DNA of 64,000 bases from Microgenomates group bacterium (lineage in GTDB: Bacteria; Patescibacteriota; Microgenomatia; PFEM01; JBNASD01). The notes beneath the pieces were generated by a model. That model was not told where the DNA came from. It searched no databases and worked only from the letters and a program-made list of their open reading frames with translations. Position 1 is the stretch's first letter. Every line of letters begins with the position of its first letter. The stretch lies in NCBI GenBank assembly GCA_049720225.1, contig JBNASD010000001.1, positions 228,733-292,732 on the forward strand, written 5' to 3'. Shown one piece after another: positions 1 through 9,192 of the stretch. A program made the position numbers and the translations under genes.

Positions 1-387
1 AACAATTATCTTTTTTCTTGCCCATTTTTCTGCTTTTTTTAAAATTTCGTAACCCACCTTTTTAGGTAGATGTTCTAAAACCTCTATCATTATCACCGCA
101 TCAAAACTTTTTTCCGGAAAATCTACATCTTCAATTTTTTTATTTAAATATTTAGTGTGAATTTTTCTTTTTTTAGATTCTTCCAAATAAGGTTTAAATA
201 TTTCTACCCCAACGGAGTATTTAATCCATTTACAATATTGAAGAGGCGAGGATGGACCGCAACCCAAATCTAAAACACTTTCGCAATCTTTAAGTTCTTT
301 TTTAAGACAATAATTTAAGGTATGAAAAATTCTTCCCAAGAAATCAGAATTATGAAGATTGTTTATTATTTTATCGACTAAACTCAT
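1..387 (-). CDS. Class I SAM-dependent methyltransferase, 3'-truncated by the window edge. The N-terminus is at 387; the ORF track does not list this ORF.
   Basis: The reverse-strand translation begins MSLVDKIINNLHNSDF. It contains a glycine-rich motif I VLDLGCGPSSP, a post-I motif VGVEI, and FDAVIMIEVLEHLP typical of Methyltransf_11/25-type enzymes. Its ATG overlaps the stop of the downstream GT2 gene in an ATGA arrangement. Confidence 0.6.
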   Translation of the reverse strand, partial: MSLVDKIINNLHNSDFLGRIFHTLNYCLKKELKDCESVLDLGCGPSSPLQYCKWIKYSVGVEIFKPYLEESKKRKIHTKYLNKKIEDVDFPEKSFDAVIMIEVLEHLPKKVGYEILKKAEKWARKKIIV

Positions 388-1418
388 TTTAACTTATATT
401 GAAAATTAATTTTTTTAATAGCTTTTGCATAAATATTATTTTTATACCAATCAACTAAGCGAATTAAAATAAAGGGAGGAGTAATTACTGCCAAAATTGC
501 GCATCCCCAAAAAATGGGAGAAAAAATATTTTCCGGTCGGTATTTTAAAAGATAATAAATTTCCCTTAGGGTATACAAATAATTATGCCGGGAATAGTTT
601 TTAATCTGAAATAACCCCACATAATTAGTGGCTACAAAATCTTTAATCATTTTTTTTCTAAAATCATTATATTTTTTTTCTTTATAAACATTGTTAAACA
701 TATCTATCCAACTTTTTATTGGCGATTTATCATAAATCCAGGATACTTTTCTTGCTTGGCTACTGGTAATTCTTACTGCTACTAAATAATCTCTTAAAAA
801 AACCACGGGGTGTTTTTTAAAAATTGAAGCAAATGGATAAACATGACAAGGAAAAATATCTTCATGAAAGGGAATATCCATATATTTCCTTCTGAAAGCC
901 AAACCAGAAAGTTGATCTAAAGTACTAAACATAGTAATAATTTCTTCAATTGGAGAATCAATTGTTAAAATTATATCTTCTTTTTCGCTCAATCTTTTTT
1001 TAATTCTTACTGGTTTTTCTGGCTTTTCATAAAACCAAAAGTAAGGTCTAGTAACTGCTCCAATTTCTTCGGATATTTGAAAAGCCTGATATGTTTTTAA
1101 TAAAGCATCTTTTGCCAAAATATCATCTTGTCCCATAAGATAAATAATATCACCCTTTGCTTTCTTTCTTAATTTTTCTAAATTTTTTGAATATCCTAAA
1201 TTTTTTTTATTTAAAAAAAGCTTAATTCTTCTGTCTTTTTTTTGAAATTCCTTTATCACTTTTATTGTATTGTCAGTGGAACAATCATTACTAATAATAA
1301 GTTCAAAATTATCAAAACTTTGAGAAAGAATGCTTTTTAAAGTAGGAGAAATTACTTTTTCTCCATTATAAACTGGCATTAAAATGCTAAATTTTAAATT
1401 AAACTTTTTTTTACCCAT
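384..1418 (-). CDS. Family 2 glycosyltransferase (GT-A fold).
   Basis: The N-terminus FSILMPVYNGEKVISPTLKSILSQSF...ELIISNDCSTDNT is a classic GT2 Rossmann-like nucleotide-sugar-binding region, with the DxD region at GQDD. Confidence 0.85.
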   Translation of the reverse strand: MGKKKFNLKFSILMPVYNGEKVISPTLKSILSQSFDNFELIISNDCSTDNTIKVIKEFQKKDRRIKLFLNKKNLGYSKNLEKLRKKAKGDIIYLMGQDDILAKDALLKTYQAFQISEEIGAVTRPYFWFYEKPEKPVRIKKRLSEKEDIILTIDSPIEEIITMFSTLDQLSGLAFRRKYMDIPFHEDIFPCHVYPFASIFKKHPVVFLRDYLVAVRITSSQARKVSWIYDKSPIKSWIDMFNNVYKEKKYNDFRKKMIKDFVATNYVGLFQIKNYSRHNYLYTLREIYYLLKYRPENIFSPIFWGCAILAVITPPFILIRLVDWYKNNIYAKAIKKINFQYKLK

Positions 1419-2295
1419 TTTTTTTAAAAATTTTAATAAAATAATAACTTCCCCCCACTAATCCTCTCAAAAACCACATTCCTAAAGCTAAAATTGGATG
1501 TTTTATTAAATTTTTCCATTTTCCATTTTCCATAAACACCCCAAAATAACGATACCAAAAACCAAATTGTTTACGAATATCTAAATCTTTTTCTCCCCAT
1601 TTTTTAATATAATTTTTCGCTGTAATTGCATATTTTCTTTTTTTACTTAGGTATTTTTTAAGAGTTAAGTTTTCTTCATGATGATATATTTTATTTTTAG
1701 TAATTGTAATTTTCGCTTCCAGGGATTTAATCTTTTTATTAAAATCCCAATCATCAAATCCAAAGGCAATATTTTTTTCATCAAATCCTCCTACTTTTAG
1801 AAATATACTTTTTTTAATAGCTCTTACCGCATCAATGCAAGTTTGATTATAAAAGCTTCTTTCAAAATCTCTAATTTTACCAAATATTCCTCTCCCAATA
1901 ACTCTTTCTGGAATAAATAAAGCATCAAATTTTTTTTCTCTAATTAATTCAACTATTTCTTCTATTAATTTTTTATCAAAAGTCATATCGGCATCAGGAA
2001 AAAATATTATTTCTCCTCTACTTTTCTTCACACCAAAATTTAATTGAGCCCCCCGGAAATTAATTATTTTTTTCTTTTTAACATCACTCTCAGAAGGATA
2101 ATTATAGACTTTCAAAGTATATTTTTTTGCAACTTCCTTAGTTTTATCCTCAGAATTATTATCTACTACAATAATTTCTATTTTTTGAGAAGGATAACTT
2201 TGGGCTTTAATACTTTCCAAGCAATTACCAATATTTTTTTCTTCGTTTTTGGTAGTAATTACTACAGAAACTAATGGTAAGTTTTTATTTTTCAT
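1411..2295 (-). CDS. Family 2 glycosyltransferase.
   Basis: VSVVITTKNEEKNIGNCLESIKAQSYP...EIIVVDNNSEDKTKEV and FFPDADM (DxD) match the GT2 family. Confidence 0.8.
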   Translation of the reverse strand: MKNKNLPLVSVVITTKNEEKNIGNCLESIKAQSYPSQKIEIIVVDNNSEDKTKEVAKKYTLKVYNYPSESDVKKKKIINFRGAQLNFGVKKSRGEIIFFPDADMTFDKKLIEEIVELIREKKFDALFIPERVIGRGIFGKIRDFERSFYNQTCIDAVRAIKKSIFLKVGGFDEKNIAFGFDDWDFNKKIKSLEAKITITKNKIYHHEENLTLKKYLSKKRKYAITAKNYIKKWGEKDLDIRKQFGFWYRYFGVFMENGKWKNLIKHPILALGMWFLRGLVGGSYYFIKIFKKNG

Positions 2296-3821
2296 TTAAA
2301 ATCTCTTCTTTTACTTAACCATTTCCATCCTAACCAAGCATAATATTTTGTTTTTTCCCAATCGGTTAGCGCTTCTTTGGTTTTTCGCCATAAAAATTGA
2401 GGGGTTAAAAAGGAGCTATAAATTTTTCTTACCAACTCCATCAATTCTTCATCTTTCATTGGAGTTTTCATTACTGGTTCTTTCATATCATATCTATCCC
2501 AATCCAAAGTTTTTAACCAACCATTTTTTTTACATTCTTCAAAAAGAGGTGTTCCTGGATAAGGAATCACCAACGTAGCTTGAAGAGTATCTACCAATCC
2601 TTTTTTAAAAAACTCCCGCGCCATATTTAAAGTTCGCAGGGCATCTTTCTTGGTCTCCCAAGGATAACCAACCATTACCGTAATATGAGGCCATAAACCG
2701 GCTTTTTTGGCCATTTTTAAATTTTCTTCAATTTGCTCAACTTTTAAATTTTTATTTATTTTATCAAGCGTTTTCTGGTTGGCGGATTCTAACCCATAAA
2801 GCAAAAAACGAAATCCTGCTTTTGCCATTAAATTATAATCTTTTTGTGTCAAACCGCTATTAAATCGCATATTACAATCAATTTTTATTTTTTTATTATA
2901 TCCTCGCTTAATCATTCCTTCACAAAATTCTTTTAACCAATCACCAACCGGAAAACTCCCACTATCATCCATAATTTCTTTAATTGGCCAGTTTTCTAAA
3001 ATATAGCCAATTTCATCCAAAGCTCTTTTGGGTGACATTACTCGATAACAACTACCGGGATATAAAGTAGTCCAACTACAAAAAGAGCATCTCCCCCACC
3101 AACAATCTCTTCCAAACATCGTATAAGTACCTGGAGTTCGGGAATAATTACTGTTTTTGTAAGCATAAAGTTGCCAACCAGTTAATTCTCGATCAACAAA
3201 CGGTAAAGTATCTAAGTTATGGTTAAGTTTAAAATTTCCTGTAGATTGCCAACTTTGAGATTTAAGTTGGAGTTTTGCGTTTTGCGCTTTACACTTTAAC
3301 TTTTTTCTATACCAAATTCCCGGTTCTAATTTTTCTCCTTCGGTTAGATGTTTAACTAAATTAAGCATCAAAAAATCATAATCCCCTCCCGTCAAAACAA
3401 AATCCACCGGCGAATTTTGTAAACTTTCTTCCGGCAAAGCGGTTACGTGATCTCCAACCAACGCAATCTTTAATTTTGAGTTTTTAGCTTTAAGTTTTGA
3501 AATAATCTTCCAATGCTTTTTAACAACCGGCGTTTTTGTTTCTATTATTAATAAATCGGGCTTTTCTTTTTTAAAATCTCCAAACCATTCCTTAAAAGTT
3601 TGCCCTTTGGCAATTCCATCTAACCAAACAACTTCAAAACCTGCTTTTTTAAGCATCGTCGCTCCATAAGCAGGAACCACCGGATAAGCGGTCCAAGGAG
3701 CGGTGGCCCACTGAAATTGGCGATTTTGCCCTAAAAACGGAATTCCTTTAGGAGAATCAAGCGGTGGATAACCAATGACTATTTTCATTGAAAATATTGT
3801 ATCATAATAATTAAGAAACAA
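2292..3821 (-). CDS. B12-binding-domain / radical SAM protein (class-B-like) with a non-canonical cysteine spacing.
   Basis: The N-terminal region has flavodoxin-like B12-binding features (LLIIETKTPVV, KIALVGDHVTA). The Cys cluster is DCWWGRCSFCSW, which is Cx4Cx2C rather than CxxxCxxC. The downstream region (SPKRALDEIGYI...IKIDCNMRFN...LYGLESANQKTLDKINKN) is a radical SAM TIM-barrel. Confidence 0.7.
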   Translation of the reverse strand: MFLNYYDTIFSMKIVIGYPPLDSPKGIPFLGQNRQFQWATAPWTAYPVVPAYGATMLKKAGFEVVWLDGIAKGQTFKEWFGDFKKEKPDLLIIETKTPVVKKHWKIISKLKAKNSKLKIALVGDHVTALPEESLQNSPVDFVLTGGDYDFLMLNLVKHLTEGEKLEPGIWYRKKLKCKAQNAKLQLKSQSWQSTGNFKLNHNLDTLPFVDRELTGWQLYAYKNSNYSRTPGTYTMFGRDCWWGRCSFCSWTTLYPGSCYRVMSPKRALDEIGYILENWPIKEIMDDSGSFPVGDWLKEFCEGMIKRGYNKKIKIDCNMRFNSGLTQKDYNLMAKAGFRFLLYGLESANQKTLDKINKNLKVEQIEENLKMAKKAGLWPHITVMVGYPWETKKDALRTLNMAREFFKKGLVDTLQATLVIPYPGTPLFEECKKNGWLKTLDWDRYDMKEPVMKTPMKDEELMELVRKIYSSFLTPQFLWRKTKEALTDWEKTKYYAWLGWKWLSKRRDFK

Positions 3822-3857
3822 TAATTTAGTGAACAGCGAATAGTCAAAAATAGTAAA

Positions 3858-5696
3858 ATGGCACTAACCAGAAAACAAAAAAAAGAATTAAAAAAACTAG
3901 TTAAAACAAAAACACTAAAAGAGACGGTAGAAATTCTTAATATTGACGAAAAAGAGGCTAAAAATTATCTTTTGGATATCTGGGGAAAGGAAAAATATCA
4001 GAAAAGAGTAAAGGAAAATTTAGTTGTTCACTCTTTATCAAAATCAAAATTAATCCTTCCTGAAAGTTTTAAATTTAAAGAGTGGTTAAAGATTAATAAG
4101 AAAATTTTATTTTTTCTTTTTTTTCTGGTTTTAGCGACCTACGCTGTAGCTCTACCTAATGAATTTATTTCTGATGATCTTCCTGCTATTGTCGAAAATC
4201 CTAAAATTTCTAATTTTAGTTACTTTTTTAGTTCTCAGTTTCCTTTATATTTTAATCTTCGTAATTTTTTATATTTTTTAATTAATAAAATTTTTGGTCT
4301 TAATCCAATTCCCTTCCGGTTAATAAACATTTTTTTTCATTTAGGAACAGTTTTTTTAATTTATCTTCTCCTTCATTTCTTCTTTCCCTCTCCTCTTCCT
4401 TTCTTTACCGCCAGTCTTTTTGCGGTTCATCCTATTTTAATAGAGGCAGTTACTTGGATTTCCGGCGGTCCTTATTCCCAAGCAGGCTTTTTTATTCTCC
4501 TTTCTCTGCTTTTTTGGATTTTTTTAACTAAAACTCAACAAAAAAAATTCCTTTTTTATTCACTAATTTCTTTTTTATTGGCCCTCAATACTTCAGAGAG
4601 AGTAATTTGGTTTTTGGCAGTTATTTTTCTTTATGAAATCTTTTTTGGAAAAATCAAAAATCACCTCAAATATCTTTTTCCTTACTTTATCTTAGTGGTT
4701 TTTTGGATAGTTTATATTTTTAAACTCGCCAGTCAACGATTGGTCGCCTTAGAAACAGTTTATTACCAAGAACCAGGATTAGATAATCCCTTAATTAAAA
4801 TTCCTATTGCGATTACCTCTTATCTAGAATTAATCTTTTGGCCGCAAAAACTTACTTTTTATCATTCGGAACTTAATTTTAGTCTTCAAGAGTTTTATTT
4901 TCGTTGTTTTATTTTTCTACTATTATTATCCCTTATTGGTTGGTTTTTAAAAAGGGATCGCCGAATCGCTTTTTGGTTTATATTTTTTATCCTTACTCTT
5001 TCTCCCACTCTCACTCCCTTACGAATCTCTTGGGTGGTAGCAGAAAGATATGTATACCTAGGAACAGTAGGAGTTTTGATTTTTATCGCCTTTTTAATTC
5101 AAAAAATTGGAGAAAAACTTAAAAACCAAAAGATCTCTTGGGGAATACTAGTCATTATTCTAATTACCTTAAGTATTCGCACTGTCTTTCGCAATTTAGA
5201 TTGGCGTAATCAAGACATTTTATGGTTTGCAACTGCCAAATATTCTCCTTCCTCTCACCAAAATCACAATAATTTAGGAAATACATATGCCCGTCGCGGT
5301 GATTATCAAAAAGCACTTGAAGAGTTTCAAACCGCTATTAAACTTAAACCAAACTACGCCGATGCTTACCACAATTTAGCCAACACTTACCATCAAATTG
5401 GTAAAGATGACTTAGCAGAAGAAAATTACAAAAAAGCTTTAGAAATTAATCCTAACCTTTGGCAAACTCATCAAAACTTAGCAGCATTGTATTTTTTAAA
5501 AAAAGATTATTTATCGGCAGAAAATCATCTTCAACAAGCCATAAAAATTAATCCCAAAAATCCGGAACTTTACATTAACTTAGGAATTCTTTACTCCCAA
5601 ATGGGTGATAAACAAAAAGCCCATGAAGCTTTCCAAAAAGCTCTGACCTTAGATCCCCAAAATCAAACAATCAAACAATTTTTATTAAATCTATAA
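3858..5696 (+). CDS. TMTC-like multi-pass membrane protein with C-terminal TPR repeats; putative GT-C fold O-glycosyltransferase.
   Basis: A K-rich cytoplasmic N-terminus of about 90 aa contains an HTH-like stretch TLKETVEILNIDEKEAKNYL. It is followed by about 10 predicted TM helices. The C-terminus has at least five TPR-like repeats (NLGNTYARRGDYQKALEEFQTAIKLKPNYADAYHNLANTYHQIG...). This is the membrane-domain-plus-TPR architecture of TMTC/DUF1736 proteins. Confidence 0.65.
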   Translation: MALTRKQKKELKKLVKTKTLKETVEILNIDEKEAKNYLLDIWGKEKYQKRVKENLVVHSLSKSKLILPESFKFKEWLKINKKILFFLFFLVLATYAVALPNEFISDDLPAIVENPKISNFSYFFSSQFPLYFNLRNFLYFLINKIFGLNPIPFRLINIFFHLGTVFLIYLLLHFFFPSPLPFFTASLFAVHPILIEAVTWISGGPYSQAGFFILLSLLFWIFLTKTQQKKFLFYSLISFLLALNTSERVIWFLAVIFLYEIFFGKIKNHLKYLFPYFILVVFWIVYIFKLASQRLVALETVYYQEPGLDNPLIKIPIAITSYLELIFWPQKLTFYHSELNFSLQEFYFRCFIFLLLLSLIGWFLKRDRRIAFWFIFFILTLSPTLTPLRISWVVAERYVYLGTVGVLIFIAFLIQKIGEKLKNQKISWGILVIILITLSIRTVFRNLDWRNQDILWFATAKYSPSSHQNHNNLGNTYARRGDYQKALEEFQTAIKLKPNYADAYHNLANTYHQIGKDDLAEENYKKALEINPNLWQTHQNLAALYFLKKDYLSAENHLQQAIKINPKNPELYINLGILYSQMGDKQKAHEAFQKALTLDPQNQTIKQFLLNL

Positions 5697-5704
5697 CCCT
5701 CGAA

Positions 5705-6790
5705 TCATTTTCTACTTCTTAAAATAAAAAATTTACCCTTTTTAGTAGTTCTTTCTCCAATCACTTCACAAAAACCAAAAGCTTCTTTTAAAATCTCTAA
5801 AAAAATATTTTTATATCCTTCTCCCACTACTAAAAAAATTTCTCCTCCCTTTTTAATCTTTTTTTTAACATCTCTAAATAAAAATGAAAGATCTTCTCTT
5901 TTTTTATGAAAGGGGGGATTAGATAGAACTAGATCAAATTCTTCAGAGGGAACACTTTCAATTCCCAAATAAAGCTTTGTTCTATTAAGAAGTCCAAAGT
6001 TTCTAACATTTTCTTCTGAAATTAAAATTGCACTTCTACTAACATCAACCATCGATATTTCTGCTTCTTCATTAATAAAACCAGCTACTACCCCAATTAC
6101 TCCCCATCCACATCCTAAATCAAGGATTTTTTCCGCCCTGCGAATTTTTCCTTCTGTTTCTTCCAATAAAAATCTCGTCCCTTCATCTAATTCCTGCCAA
6201 GAGAAAAGCCCTGGTAAACTCCTCATCTCAAAACTTCTGCCAAATAAATTAAATCTAACTAAAGTAGGTTGTTTTTCTTGAACTTCATTATTTCTTTTTA
6301 TTGCCCTCAAAATTCTGTATCCTCCCCTTCCTTTAGCTATAATTTCCATTTCTCCTAAAACTTTTTTTATTACCTCTCCTTGCCCCTCAAGACCCCAATT
6401 TTTATGAGTAATCACATAAATAACTCCTCCTTCTCTTAAATAATTAGCTAATCTTCTTAACCAATAATCAAAAGTTTCTTGAGACATAAAATTACTTAAA
6501 GAAAGAAGCGCTCCATCAAACTTTTCGGATGCAGGCAGTTTAGTTAATAAATCTACATTTCCAATTGGAATATCACTATCCATTACGCTATCGATTTCTT
6601 TTTCTTCCTCTAAATTATCTTGATAAACACAAAAAGCAACATTAGGTATTGCTCCTAAAAAATTTAAAAAAGCCTTTTTATTCGGATTTAAAATTAAAAC
6701 ACGACTTCCTTTCTCAAACTCAATATCAGCGAGAAGCGGAAAATATTTCAGCTCATCTTTTCGTGATAATCGTAAAGGAGAATTAATCAT
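5705..6790 (-). CDS. rsmC: RsmC/RlmG-like rRNA (guanine-N2-) methyltransferase, with a two-lobed methyltransferase architecture.
   Basis: The C-terminal catalytic lobe has ILDLGCGWGVIGV (motif I) and DLVLSNPPFH (the NPPF/H N-methyltransferase motif). A non-catalytic methyltransferase-like lobe sits at the N-terminus. The 361-aa length fits RsmC. Confidence 0.6.
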   Translation of the reverse strand: MINSPLRLSRKDELKYFPLLADIEFEKGSRVLILNPNKKAFLNFLGAIPNVAFCVYQDNLEEEKEIDSVMDSDIPIGNVDLLTKLPASEKFDGALLSLSNFMSQETFDYWLRRLANYLREGGVIYVITHKNWGLEGQGEVIKKVLGEMEIIAKGRGGYRILRAIKRNNEVQEKQPTLVRFNLFGRSFEMRSLPGLFSWQELDEGTRFLLEETEGKIRRAEKILDLGCGWGVIGVVAGFINEEAEISMVDVSRSAILISEENVRNFGLLNRTKLYLGIESVPSEEFDLVLSNPPFHKKREDLSFLFRDVKKKIKKGGEIFLVVGEGYKNIFLEILKEAFGFCEVIGERTTKKGKFFILRSRK

Positions 6791-6892
6791 TTCTTTTTCC
6801 TTTTTTTTGTCCCAAAATTATCATATTAGGATTAGTTATTAAAAACTTAAGGGTGTTTAATAATATTTTTTTTCTATCTAGTAAAAAATTCT

Positions 6893-7240
6893 TTAAACAA
6901 TAAAAAATCTTTCTTTATTTTTTTTATTTTTATTAAATTTATTAAAAATAACTCTTTCATCAAAAATATCTAAAACTTTAAACCTCGCTTTTTCTAGAAG
7001 AAAAATTATTGATTTCTTCGCAAAAAAGGTAATATGTCCTTCATTTTTAAGAAATGGGTTATAATTCCGACAAGTTATTGAGGCTAATCCCCCAACATCT
7101 CCAGTATCAATCAAAATAATTCCCTCCGGCAAAAGCTTTTCAAAGGTAACAAATCATCACTTATCAAATTTAGCGCTTTAAAAATGTTCTCTTTTCTTGT
7201 TTTTTCTTTAACTAAAGCAACCTTACCTGCCATATTTTGA
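6893..7240 (-). pseudogene. Apparent frameshifted gene remnant, made of two short ORFs in different frames.
   Basis: The 5' piece MAGKVALVKEKTRKENIFKALNLISDDLLPLKSF ends at a stop near 7139. It is followed in another frame by LPEGIILIDTGDVGGLASITCRNYNPFLKNEGH... (track ORF 6893..7132). The two pieces would be contiguous without the frame shift and loosely resemble the N-terminus of a DUF362-type protein. Non-coding AT-rich sequence flanks them. Confidence 0.3.
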
Positions 7241-8263
7241 TTTTAAATTAGGGGTAAAAAATCCTTTAAGAAATAAAATTCCGTAAACTAAATGGGTAAT
7301 AAAAATTGCGGGAATCACCAAGAAAGCTACTTTCCAATTTCTTTCTTGACGATAAACATCCCAAGCAGTAAAAAGTAAAGCAAGTAAATAAAAACTAATT
7401 ACTCCCCAATAAAACCAATTTAATAAATTACTTAAAAAATAAAATTCTAATTTTTTCGCGAAAAAGATTATAATTGGTCCACCTATTAATCCTAAAACAA
7501 AAAAGGTAGGCAATAAATATCCCAACCGAAATGAAGTTTTAGGAATGACTCGAGCAAAATATCCTCGATGGAGAGCATAACGAGAAATTTGCCGTAAATG
7601 AGGCCTAAAAATTTCTCGCCGATGATGATAGACCAAAACAGTGGGGTCGTAAATTATTTTTTTTCCTAATTTATATACTAAATCATGACACAATTTCGTA
7701 TCTTCTCCTGGCCAAAAAGAAGAATTAAATCCTCCTACTTGAAAGAAGTCTTTTTTTCTTACCAATAAATTGACGCTCGGATAATCATCAACTTCTCGAC
7801 GTGATTTAATTGCACACCGATAATTTCCTGCTCCCCCACTTCCTAAAAAAGTTGACCAAACATAGCCTGAAGTTTTTTGGAGAATATTATCTTGAGGAGG
7901 AGTAATTGCCGGACCACAAACGCCAACAATTAGTGATGGATTAAATTTTTTAAGATTAAAAATTTTTAAGGCATTTTTTAACCAATCTTTAACTGGATAA
8001 GAATCATCATCTAAAAAGGCTAAAATCTCTCCTTTTGCCTTTTTAGCTCCTAAATCTCGCTTATCTGCTGGTCCTATTTTTGGCCAAGAGGGAATAATTT
8101 TAATCCTTTTATCAGAAAATTTTTCTTTTGTTTTTTTGTCAGGAAGAATAATTACCTCAAATTTTTTTTCACTTTGAGATAAAATTGCCGGAATTGTTTC
8201 TTTTCTTAAATAATCATTAATCTCTTTTACCGGAATAATAATGGAAAACAAAACTTTTTTCAT
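7223..8263 (-). CDS. Family 2 glycosyltransferase with a C-terminal multi-TM domain.
   Basis: FSIIIPVKEINDYLRKETIPAILSQ...EVIILPD and AFLDDDSYP (DxD) match GT2. The last roughly 110 aa are hydrophobic (three or four helices). Confidence 0.8.
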   Translation of the reverse strand: MKKVLFSIIIPVKEINDYLRKETIPAILSQSEKKFEVIILPDKKTKEKFSDKRIKIIPSWPKIGPADKRDLGAKKAKGEILAFLDDDSYPVKDWLKNALKIFNLKKFNPSLIVGVCGPAITPPQDNILQKTSGYVWSTFLGSGGAGNYRCAIKSRREVDDYPSVNLLVRKKDFFQVGGFNSSFWPGEDTKLCHDLVYKLGKKIIYDPTVLVYHHRREIFRPHLRQISRYALHRGYFARVIPKTSFRLGYLLPTFFVLGLIGGPIIIFFAKKLEFYFLSNLLNWFYWGVISFYLLALLFTAWDVYRQERNWKVAFLVIPAIFITHLVYGILFLKGFFTPNLKSKYGR

Positions 8264-9192
8264 AAAATTCTGGCAAAATAATTAATAGTTCTTTTTAAAC
8301 CTTCTTCTAATTTAATTTTTGGTTCCCAACCTAATTTTTCTTTAGCTAAACTAATGTCTGGCCGTCTTTGTTTTGGATCATCTTTTGGTAACGGTAAAAA
8401 TACAATTTTTGATTTACTTTTAGTAATTTTTAAAACTAATTTTGCTAACTGCAAAACCGTAAATTCTCCTGGATTTCCTAAATTAATCGGCCCATTTTCA
8501 TTACTTATCATCATTTTTATCAAACCATCAATTAAATCATCAATATAACAAAAAGAGCGAGTTTGACTCCCATCACCATAAACTGTTAAAGGCTCCCCTT
8601 TTAAGGCCTGAACAATAAAATTAGAAACTACCCGACCATCATCCGGTCGCATTCTTGGTCCGTAGGTATTAAAAATTCTGACAATTTTTGTCTCTAAGCC
8701 AAATTTTTTCCGGTAATTTTCTATTAAGCTTTCGGCAAATCTTTTTCCTTCATCATAACAACTCCGCGGACCAATAGGATTGACATTTCCCCAATAAGAT
8801 TCTTTTTGAGGATGAACTAGAGGATCACCATAAACCTCGGAAGTAGAAGTATGTAAAAATTTAGCTTTTTTTTCTCTCGCTAAATCAAGCATATTTTTCA
8901 CTCCATAAGAACTTACTAACAAAGTTTCAATGGGAAATTGAGAATAATCAGGAGGAGAGGCAGGACAAGCTAAATTCCAAATTTCTTCAATTTTCTCTTT
9001 GATTTTTAAAGGCTTAATGATATCGTGATAAATAAAATCAAAATTTTTATATTTTTTAAGTTCTTCTATATTCTTTTTCTGTCCGCTAATAAAATTATCT
9101 ACCCCAATTACTTTAATTTTTAACTTAAGTAATTTTAAACATAAATTAGAACCGATAAAACCGGCGGCGCCGGTAACTAAAGCAGTTTTCAT
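8260..9192 (-). CDS. uxs: UDP-glucuronate decarboxylase (UDP-xylose synthase, UXS-type SDR).
   Basis: ALVTGAAGFIGSNLC is the Rossmann GxxGxxG region. LACPASPPDYSQFPIETL, TSTSEVYGDPLVHPQKESYWGNVNPIGPRSCYDEGKR and IFNTYGPRMRPDDGRVVSNFIVQALKGEPLTVYGDGSQTRSF are near-diagnostic UXS/ArnA-C-domain motifs. Confidence 0.85.
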   Translation of the reverse strand: MKTALVTGAAGFIGSNLCLKLLKLKIKVIGVDNFISGQKKNIEELKKYKNFDFIYHDIIKPLKIKEKIEEIWNLACPASPPDYSQFPIETLLVSSYGVKNMLDLAREKKAKFLHTSTSEVYGDPLVHPQKESYWGNVNPIGPRSCYDEGKRFAESLIENYRKKFGLETKIVRIFNTYGPRMRPDDGRVVSNFIVQALKGEPLTVYGDGSQTRSFCYIDDLIDGLIKMMISNENGPINLGNPGEFTVLQLAKLVLKITKSKSKIVFLPLPKDDPKQRRPDISLAKEKLGWEPKIKLEEGLKRTINYFARIL

